Shown: positions 17,034 through 23,831 of the stretch, one piece after another
Numbering within the stretch: the stretch's first letter is position 1
Layout: every line of letters starts with the position of its first letter
DNA from: a bacterium
Lineage (GTDB): Bacteria; Omnitrophota; Gorgyraeia; Gygaellales; UBA12090
Assembly (NCBI GenBank): GCA_004299495.1
Contig: SCPY01000269.1
Span: 1 to 36,728, forward strand
Length of the DNA: 36,728 bases
Direction of reading: 5' to 3'
The notes under the pieces: model-generated
Databases searched by the model: none
Told to the model about the DNA's origin: nothing
The model's input: the letters and a program-made list of their open reading frames with translations, nothing else
Made by a program: the position numbers and the translations under genes

Positions 17034-18449
17034 ATGGGGCTTAAAATGATAAAAAAAGCTAACTCGGTAATTCTATCTTTCATTACGGTTTTCTCCGTTT
17101 TATTTATCCTTCCCCAGCATCTTCGGGCTGAAATTTCCCTGTCGGTTAACCCTCATGCAGGGGGAAGTGAGTTAGATTTTGGACAACTGAATCAGGTTTA
17201 TCAGGAAGTAAGCCGGCAGGTAGGCGTGGAAATCAGAGGCACTAATACGCAATATGAGCTAAGGCAGGAGCCCTTAAGCCCTCTACGAAATGCCAGAGGG
17301 GACGAAATTCCCTGGAGTAATCTTACCTTGAGAGGATTAGCCGGGACCAATAAGTTTGGCAGATTACAAGTAAACCCGGAACCGGTAAGGAATGCAGTGC
17401 TTTACACTGCTAACCAAGATGGAAATGCGGATTCCTTTACTTTGGTGTATACTCTCAAATTTTTTGAGGGTATCCGGCCTGATTTTTACCGCGGCCAGCT
17501 TAGGTTTAGCGTAATTCCTGTAAATGCCGGCCAGAGTTCAGTTTCTGCCATTTTAAACATTGTCGTAGTGGTAAAGCCGGAAACTGAGGCCGGAGTGCCC
17601 ATGCCTTACATAGAAATTACTACTGTTACCGGATCAAGATTTATTTACCTTAATTCCAAAAGAGAAGAAAGCAAAAGATGCGATGTTCTGGTAAAAATTA
17701 ACGGCAAATTTAACCGGCCTTTCTCTATATATCAAATTTTAAACCGTTTTCCCGAATCAGGAGAAGGGCAGAGCCTTGAGCCAGAGGCAGTAATGGTTGA
17801 AGCGCGAGGCGCGCGCGTAGGAGCGGGTTTGCCTTTGAGCGCGCTATCGCTAAATCCGCTGGTTATCTACAAATCAAAGCCGACCGGTGAGGCGGATAGC
17901 GGTTTTATTGTTTCTTATAGCTTGGGGGGCCATACTTCAGGCAGGGCAGGCAGGTATAGGTCGCGTATCCAGTTTGTCCTGGAGGAAATGGGTATAGAAA
18001 GAGAGCGACAGGCAATGGAATTAGATATAGAAATTGAGCGGGTTTTTGATCTGGTGATTACTTCTTCAGTGTTTGAGAGCGGGGATATTGAATTCCGCGG
18101 CCTTAGGCCGGGAGAGCCGCCCCAGGTAAATGAAGTGGTGGTAGAAATACTGAACAATACCGGTAAAAGATATCAACTCAACCAGAATATCTTATCAGAG
18201 TTAGTGGACAAGCAAGGTAACAAGATTGAGAGCAAGTATTTTACTCTTAGAACCGAAAGTATGCAGACCAAGGGGATATTAAAAGCCACCCAAAAACAGG
18301 AGGCCGGGAAGGGGGATACAGTTTTATATATTTCTGACAGCCGGGGTTCAAGCGATAAGTTTAAGATCATCTATGAATTAGAAGGCTCTCAGGATATAAA
18401 GGCCGGAGATTATGCCAGCAGGATAAGCTATTCTTTGTTGGAATTGTAG
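17034..18449 (+). CDS. Secreted protein of three tandem SCPU/Csu-pilin-like modules (putative tip/adhesin subunit)
   Basis: Signal peptide ending HLRA|EISL, then three modules of about 154 aa that share ordered motifs (see findings). The start could instead be the ATG at 17046. Confidence 0.85.
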   Translation: MGLKMIKKANSVILSFITVFSVLFILPQHLRAEISLSVNPHAGGSELDFGQLNQVYQEVSRQVGVEIRGTNTQYELRQEPLSPLRNARGDEIPWSNLTLRGLAGTNKFGRLQVNPEPVRNAVLYTANQDGNADSFTLVYTLKFFEGIRPDFYRGQLRFSVIPVNAGQSSVSAILNIVVVVKPETEAGVPMPYIEITTVTGSRFIYLNSKREESKRCDVLVKINGKFNRPFSIYQILNRFPESGEGQSLEPEAVMVEARGARVGAGLPLSALSLNPLVIYKSKPTGEADSGFIVSYSLGGHTSGRAGRYRSRIQFVLEEMGIERERQAMELDIEIERVFDLVITSSVFESGDIEFRGLRPGEPPQVNEVVVEILNNTGKRYQLNQNILSELVDKQGNKIESKYFTLRTESMQTKGILKATQKQEAGKGDTVLYISDSRGSSDKFKIIYELEGSQDIKAGDYASRISYSLLEL

Positions 18450-18529
18450 TGGTTTTAAAAGAATGAGGCGTTTTTTAAAAAAGCTCAATGGTGTTAGTGT
18501 TAGAAAAAATAAATCAGGAGGTAAAGAAA

Positions 18530-19117
18530 ATGAGAGTTATGAGTAAAGTTGTTTTGGCAGCTATTTTTGTTCTGTGGGCTGGCGCTTCGCTTTGTCTTGC
18601 CGCGGCAACAGCAACGAGGAATGTGAGGGCAATAGTTCCGACGATGAATCAGAGTTTGACCCTGACGGTAAGTAAGATTACCCCGGGCACTCCCGATGTG
18701 TGGACGCCGGCAACAGAGGTTGATTTCGGCACCCTGACCCACGATGCCGCTAACCACATCTTCAGGGGGGCGGTTTTTTATGCCATAGATGTGGACGTGG
18801 TGGACAATACCAATGCCTGGACCCTCAGCCATGCCAGGACTTCACTGAAGATGGATGCCGTTAACAATCTGGACGATAATGTCAATGTTGCTTTTGTGAA
18901 GCAAACATCAGGTACAGTTGGGGCAGAGCTGAGTAAGTTTAGTTTTAACAATAGCAATGGTAAGTCTTTTACCAAGGCTCAGCTTGATGGTGGATGGCTG
19001 AGGATTTATTATGGCGTAGCCACGGGCAGCGGAGACGCCACTGGCGTAGTGCTGGTTCCCGAAATCAAGCCCTCAGGCAGTTATCAGGGAACCATAACTT
19101 TGACTTTGACGCCATAG
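18530..19117 (+). CDS. Secreted single-module SCPU/Csu-pilin-like protein (putative major subunit)
   Basis: GGAGG lies 8 nt before the ATG at 18530. Signal peptide MRVMSKVVLAAIFVLWAGASLCLAAA, EVDFGTL motif, C-terminal KPSGSYQGTITLTLTP. Confidence 0.85.
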   Translation: MRVMSKVVLAAIFVLWAGASLCLAAATATRNVRAIVPTMNQSLTLTVSKITPGTPDVWTPATEVDFGTLTHDAANHIFRGAVFYAIDVDVVDNTNAWTLSHARTSLKMDAVNNLDDNVNVAFVKQTSGTVGAELSKFSFNNSNGKSFTKAQLDGGWLRIYYGVATGSGDATGVVLVPEIKPSGSYQGTITLTLTP

Positions 19118-19200
19118 GAAAAAAACCGCCAGAGATGGAAAATGAAAGCGGAAAGGCGGGAGGGTTTGTTTGTCTTTTAGGTTGACAAAGAGGAGGCTCT

Positions 19201-20097
19201 CTGATTAAAACAAAAGTTTCTAAGAAAATAGCACTATTAATTTTTGCATTCAGTTTTATTCAGCCATCCTGGGCAATTGAATTGCCTTATCTGGATAAGG
19301 CAAAAGTCCGCCTTACCCTTGCCCGAGGCTCACAAGAGTTTGGCGAGATTATTTTTAAGAACCCCAGTTCTCAGGCTGTCTCTATGCGGGTTTATCCTGA
19401 GGATTGGTTTTATGCTTCGGGAGGAGACGGTTCTAAGTCTTTTGCCCCTGCCGCCACAACTGACCGCTCCTGTAGTTCCTGGATAAGTTTTTCTCCGGCA
19501 GAGTTCAGCATACCCCCTAAGGGTGAGCAACGGGTAAGCTATAAGGTGAATGTGCCGCAGGATAACGGCTTAGAGGGCGGCTATTATGCGGTATTATTCT
19601 TTGAAAGCAAGGTTGGTGAATTAGCCCGTCCAGAGCAGGAGGCAGGCGCGGGGCTGAATTTGGTGGTGCGCTTAGGCGCCTTGTTTTACATTGAAATCAA
19701 TGGTACGGTAAAAAGAACGGCCGTGATTGATAATTTAAGCCTCAAAAAAGAACCTTCTCCTGACCGCCTTTTCATAGAAGCAGATTTTCGTAATAGCGGT
19801 AACGTGGACATTACAGCCAGCGGTACCTTTCATATCATGGACCGGGAAGGATTAGTTTATGCGCGGGGAGAGTTTAATACCCTGTATGCCTTTCCTGGAG
19901 ATGCGGCGGAATTAAGCGGCTCTTGGGATACCCGGAAGAATCCTATACCCAAGGGTAACTATGATGTCGTTTTGACCATTGATCTGGGCCGGGCTTTGAG
20001 TGAAGCAGGCCTTGGCCGTGGCCCGATACTTACCAAAGAGGCGGCAATAGAAATCGGGGATAAGGGAGAGATTCTTAGGGTCGGTGCATTAGAATGA
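19201..20097 (+). CDS. Periplasmic two-domain Ig-like, chaperone-like protein, probably with a non-AUG start
   Basis: The track ORF starts at TTG 19282. The frame is open from 19186 and encodes a textbook signal peptide (KTKVSKKIALLIFAFSFIQPSWA|IEL) behind GAGGAGG. The body is two beta-sandwich-like halves. Confidence 0.8.
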   Translation: MIKTKVSKKIALLIFAFSFIQPSWAIELPYLDKAKVRLTLARGSQEFGEIIFKNPSSQAVSMRVYPEDWFYASGGDGSKSFAPAATTDRSCSSWISFSPAEFSIPPKGEQRVSYKVNVPQDNGLEGGYYAVLFFESKVGELARPEQEAGAGLNLVVRLGALFYIEINGTVKRTAVIDNLSLKKEPSPDRLFIEADFRNSGNVDITASGTFHIMDREGLVYARGEFNTLYAFPGDAAELSGSWDTRKNPIPKGNYDVVLTIDLGRALSEAGLGRGPILTKEAAIEIGDKGEILRVGALE

Positions 20098-22841
20098 CTG
20101 ACAAGGGGAAAATGAGCCTGCGTGGTATTTGGAAAAAGATATTCTGCTTTACCCTGGCGGTTATCTTTTGGGGTGCGCAAAATCACCCGTTGTATGCTTA
20201 CTTAGAAATTCAGCAGTATTTGTGTGAATACGGAATTAAATTCTTCAACCAGGGTAAATACGATGAGGCAATGAATGAATTTAGAAAAGCCATTTTGGTT
20301 CAGTCTAACTATGAGCCCGCCTTACGTTATATCCAAATAATTGAAGAGAGTAGGGGTGTTCAGAAATATGAAGTCCGTCCCGAAACTAAGAAGGATGGGA
20401 TAATTGTTAAAGAATTGGATCGCATAGAGAAGAAAATCCTCTTTCCTCCCGCCGGATTAGGGGCTTTACCTCAAATAAAAAAGAAAGGCGCGCCGGTTGT
20501 GTTAAGTATTGATGAATACGCAATGTTTGGCCATCCGCTTGAGCTTCCTGAGGGAGAAAGCCTTATTCTTGCAGGCAGGAATATCCGAAAATTTTTGGTG
20601 ACTCATCCCGAGATTATCACGGTTGAGAAAAGAGGTTCTGATGAGATTATTGTTAGCGCAACTAACATCGGCTACGCTGACCTGCATGTCTGGGACGATA
20701 GGGGGCGCAGAACGGTAGAGGTTTTAGGCGTATTTGCACCCTTGGTTGAAGAGGGGGCGCTTTTGCGCGATATTGAGAAGGCGGATAATTTTAGGCTGCG
20801 TTATACCGTGGACTGGTCAACCTTTGAAACCGGAAGCAATGTGAAAAATTTCCGGCGTAGCAGCTATTACCTTAGGCACGGCATGGGGTTAGAAGGGGCC
20901 ACGCCATACGGAAGGTTTGATTCTTTTGCTGTTTTGAGCAGGTTTAAGACAAATTCTGATTTTACCTATTATACGGCAGGCATCACTGATGGCGTGTTTG
21001 GACGGTTTAAAGGGTGGTCTTTGCGTGGGTTTGATTTTTCTCCTCCTATTTATAACCTCGCTTTTCAATCTGTGGCCTTACGAGGCGTTCAGTTCAGGTC
21101 CCCCGCGTTTCATAACAAATTAGATTATACCGTATTCTCGGGAAGGGAAAAAGGCGGAGTTGTCGGAGCGCTCTCAACGGATTCGGAAAACAGGCAGGAA
21201 TCATTCTTAGAGGGCGTTAATCTAAGTTACTCTCCCCTAAAAAATCAAAACTACAAATTAACGATGCTGCACGGCTACGGCAGCGATAGGACGGATACCT
21301 TAAATCCCTTTGCGTATGATTTTATCGGCAGCCTGAATTTTAACCCTTGCGATTTTTCCTACGAAATCGCCAGCAATGGCGAGCGCTTTGCCCACCTTTT
21401 TAAAACTGCCTTGCGCCGGCCGAGACTTTTATTGAACACAGAATTCCGTGATATTGACCGAAATTTTACTACTATTCGCGGTACCGCTTCGCGCCAGGGA
21501 GAGATTGGAACGCTCCTGAGCCTTAATTATACCCCTACAAATAAATTAGGCATCCAGAGCAGTTTGGACGTATACCGGGACAGCCTTAATCCGGCCCTGG
21601 ATAATGATACCCGCCTGAATGAAGATTTTGGATGGAATGCGAATTACCAGCTGAACGAGCAAACATACTTGAGGTTTGACTATTCCCTCCAGAATCAGTT
21701 AGGCAGGCTGGCCCAATTCCGCTATCAAACCTTCGGTTCAGGGGTATATAAGAAGTTTAAGTTTATAAAGATGATTGATAGCCACTTCAATTATCAACAT
21801 CAGGAAAATGATAATTTTTCTTCCCCCGCTTCAGACTATATTAATGAAAAAATTGTTGCGGGCGTGCGCTTTAAGCTGCTGGGAGATTTACATTATTATT
21901 TCAATAAGGAGATTAACTGGTTTGATGAGAGATTTAGCGGAGTCCAAACTATACCCCATGCCTACGAGACCGGGATTGATTGGTCAAGTCCGGTTGGCGT
22001 TAGCCCATTATCCGGCACATTTCGATTGAGTTTTCGCGATGAGGAGGATACTGTTTCCAATTTAAGTTTTTTCAGCGGAGAGGATTTTCTTGAAACTTAT
22101 TTAGAATTAGCTTACCGGCCGCATGATGGGATGGAGCTATTCGGCTCTTGTCGTTTTCGCAATGTTTGGGCCGAAAGCCCCCGGGTGAATGCCCGTATGG
22201 AGGCTACCTTTAATGCCGGGATGCGCTATCTTTGGGATACCGGAATGCGCTGGGAATCAATAGGTGCTATTGAGGGGTATGTCTTTAACGATTATAATCT
22301 GAACGGTTTAAAAGAATCCTATGAGCCAGGCATGCCGGGGGTCAAGCTTTGGCTCGGAAAGGAAAAATCTATAAATACGGATGCTTCAGGTCATTATAAA
22401 TTTTCCAAGGTAAAGGCGCGTAAGAGCGCGGTGAGTGTGGATACCGCGACTATCGCGCCGGGTTATTTATTGACGTCGGCGCAAACGCAAGAGTTTAAAT
22501 TAGCCCACGGCGAGCTCGCCAGGATAGATTTTGGCCTCACCAGCCGTTCTGAGATCAGCGGAATCGTATTTGATGATATTAACAGAGATGGGAAGTTAAG
22601 CCAGAAAGAGCCTGGAGTTAAGGGCGTGATTATAACTATAGAAGACGGCACAAAAGCAGTAACTGATGATTTAGGAAGATATTTCTTTAGAAAGGCCAAG
22701 ACCGGAAAACACAGGCTCGCTTTGGATATTGACAGCCTGCCCGCGACATACCTGCCAGCAGTTTCTATCTATAGAGAGGTTGAGCTTTCCGAGGGAACAA
22801 GCTTTAAGTATGATATACCCTTAAAGAGGATTGAGAAATAG
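20094..22841 (+). CDS. Outer-membrane assembly/export protein: TPR-like + pilus-N-like domain + large beta-barrel + two SdrD-B/CarboxypepD_reg-like domains
   Basis: ATGA overlap with the upstream gene and a signal peptide. Residues about 136-213 resemble the CpaC-type pilus N-terminal domain. Residues about 232-720 have amphipathic Y/F/W-rich strands. Residues 725-912 hold two copies of G.VF.D.N.NG..(D/E)..E.G..GV. Confidence 0.9.
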   Translation: MTDKGKMSLRGIWKKIFCFTLAVIFWGAQNHPLYAYLEIQQYLCEYGIKFFNQGKYDEAMNEFRKAILVQSNYEPALRYIQIIEESRGVQKYEVRPETKKDGIIVKELDRIEKKILFPPAGLGALPQIKKKGAPVVLSIDEYAMFGHPLELPEGESLILAGRNIRKFLVTHPEIITVEKRGSDEIIVSATNIGYADLHVWDDRGRRTVEVLGVFAPLVEEGALLRDIEKADNFRLRYTVDWSTFETGSNVKNFRRSSYYLRHGMGLEGATPYGRFDSFAVLSRFKTNSDFTYYTAGITDGVFGRFKGWSLRGFDFSPPIYNLAFQSVALRGVQFRSPAFHNKLDYTVFSGREKGGVVGALSTDSENRQESFLEGVNLSYSPLKNQNYKLTMLHGYGSDRTDTLNPFAYDFIGSLNFNPCDFSYEIASNGERFAHLFKTALRRPRLLLNTEFRDIDRNFTTIRGTASRQGEIGTLLSLNYTPTNKLGIQSSLDVYRDSLNPALDNDTRLNEDFGWNANYQLNEQTYLRFDYSLQNQLGRLAQFRYQTFGSGVYKKFKFIKMIDSHFNYQHQENDNFSSPASDYINEKIVAGVRFKLLGDLHYYFNKEINWFDERFSGVQTIPHAYETGIDWSSPVGVSPLSGTFRLSFRDEEDTVSNLSFFSGEDFLETYLELAYRPHDGMELFGSCRFRNVWAESPRVNARMEATFNAGMRYLWDTGMRWESIGAIEGYVFNDYNLNGLKESYEPGMPGVKLWLGKEKSINTDASGHYKFSKVKARKSAVSVDTATIAPGYLLTSAQTQEFKLAHGELARIDFGLTSRSEISGIVFDDINRDGKLSQKEPGVKGVIITIEDGTKAVTDDLGRYFFRKAKTGKHRLALDIDSLPATYLPAVSIYREVELSEGTSFKYDIPLKRIEK

Positions 22842-22880
22842 ATAGAAACCGCGGCATCTCGCCCCTAAAAAATACGGGTA

Positions 22881-23198
22881 TTATCTATTGTAAATGGTTT
22901 TTACCAACACAAGGACGGAATTCTCTCCTTGTTCTGTTGTTTTTGCCTCTTGCGCGTCCTCTGTAATAACATAAGAGGCCTCTTGTTGATTTTCCCGCTG
23001 AATAGTTATATCCATTTCTCTTGGGGCGGGTTTTTGTTCCTCTATGAGCTGTTTTTCATCAGGCGCGGCATTTACTCCCGGTATAGCCGGTATGGTACAG
23101 GAAACGCCTAAGGTTTGGGCATTGCTTTGCGCAAACGTAATTGTCTGCACCAATAATATAGGTAACAAAGCCATTAATATCGCCAGGGAATTCTTCAT
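22881..23198 (-). CDS. Small secreted acidic protein (105 aa), unknown family
   Basis: The only credible minus-strand gene. AGAGGAGG lies 8 nt upstream of the ATG. Signal peptide MKNSLAILMALLPILLVQTITFAQSNA, then an E/Q-rich region and the terminal strand SVLVLVKTIYNR. Confidence 0.7.
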   Translation of the reverse strand: MKNSLAILMALLPILLVQTITFAQSNAQTLGVSCTIPAIPGVNAAPDEKQLIEEQKPAPREMDITIQRENQQEASYVITEDAQEAKTTEQGENSVLVLVKTIYNR

Positions 23199-23229
23199 AT
23201 TATTTACCTCCTCTTAGGCTAATTCTCAT

Positions 23230-23266
23230 AAAAAAGCCCTAAAGGCGCTTACAGCACCATTAGGGC
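23230..23266 (-). terminator. Intrinsic-terminator-like hairpin, minus strand, proximal to the small gene
   Basis: On the minus strand: GCCCTAA-t-GGTGC-tgtaa-GCGCC-t-TTAGGGC followed by TTTTTT. Confidence 0.5.
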
Positions 23267-23270
23267 GGAT

Positions 23271-23301
23271 AAAAAAACCTCAAAAAGGCTTTTTTGAGGT
23301 T
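23271..23301 (-). terminator. Intrinsic terminator, minus strand, distal
   Basis: Perfect 11-bp stem AACCTCAAAAA / TTTTTGAGGTT with a 4-nt loop, followed on the minus strand by a U-run. Confidence 0.55.
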
Positions 23302-23432
23302 TACGTTTACCACTGGCAGCCCCACTATCCCAATTTCTATTTAAGGATTGGTAGCTTTGCGCCCCAAGGTTACCCTTAGTTTGCCTTTTTCATTTGGTAA
23401 TTTTTTGCAAATTGTCAAAGTTCAATCTCTAT
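23271..23432 (-). ncRNA. Candidate transcript of about 160 nt (sRNA, or the 5' leader of the small secreted-protein gene)
   Basis: Bounded by a near-consensus minus-strand promoter and the 23271-23301 terminator. It contains no plausible ORF. Confidence 0.3.
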
Positions 23433-23438
23433 ATAAAA

Positions 23439-23466
23439 AGTATAACACAAAAATTGATTTTGTCAA
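23439..23466 (-). promoter_or_regulatory. Candidate sigma70-type promoter on the minus strand
   Basis: On the minus strand: TTGACA, 16-nt spacer, TATACT. Confidence 0.4.
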
Positions 23467-23488
23467 GGTATCGAACATAGGTTTTTGT

Positions 23489-23517
23489 TTGACTTTTGGC
23501 GGATGCGGTGTTACTAT
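23489..23517 (+). promoter_or_regulatory. Candidate promoter for gatCAB
   Basis: TTGACT, 17-nt spacer, TACTAT, 27 nt upstream of the gatC GTG start. Confidence 0.4.
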
Positions 23518-23543
23518 TACGCTATTACATATAGAGGTGAAAA

Positions 23544-23831
23544 GTGGCGATTTCGAGGGAAGATTTGCTTAAAATTGCGCATCTGGCGCGGATTGAATTA
23601 AGCGAGGAAGAGCTTAATTTGCTTTCCGGCCAGTTCGCGGATATTGTAGATTTTATAGATAAGCTAAAACGGCTGGATATTTCCGGGGTTAAGCCGATGA
23701 GCCATGTTTTAGACATTAAAGATATTTTCAGGCCGGATACCGCGAAGGATTGCCTCTCTCAGGAGGCGGCGCTTAAGAATGCTCCGGAAAGCTCCAGAGG
23801 GCATTTTAGGGTACCAAAGGTGATTGAGTGA
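23544..23831 (+). CDS. gatC: Asp/Glu-tRNA amidotransferase subunit C
   Basis: GTG start. [38 protein letters not shown] overlap with gatA. Confidence 0.9.
   Translation: MAISREDLLKIAHLARIELSEEELNLLSGQFADIVDFIDKLKRLDISGVKPMSHVLDIKDIFRPDTAKDCLSQEAALKNAPESSRGHFRVPKVIE

Noticed and set aside
19118-19185. Possible attenuating terminator between subunit gene B and chaperone-like gene C (CCGCC...GGCGG followed by a T-rich run).
   Set aside because: It has only a 5-bp stem with a loop of about 24 nt, and the extended pairing needs a 5-nt bulge. That is too weak to call, although a subunit/chaperone expression step-down would make biological sense.
23303-23400. I checked whether the non-coding stretch could be a tRNA, SRP (4.5S) RNA, 6S RNA or tmRNA fragment.
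   Set aside because: I could see no T-loop (GTTCGAAT-like), no SRP domain-IV GGAA tetraloop or AGCA motif, and no cloverleaf. A fragment such as GTAGCT resembling 4.5S RNA is too short to mean anything.
23348-23572. 74-aa plus-strand ORF in the gap upstream of gatC.
   Set aside because: It has a non-ATG start and no SD. It runs through the promoter-like elements and into gatC out of frame, and its sequence is hydrophobic and low-complexity. It is more likely non-coding regulatory DNA.
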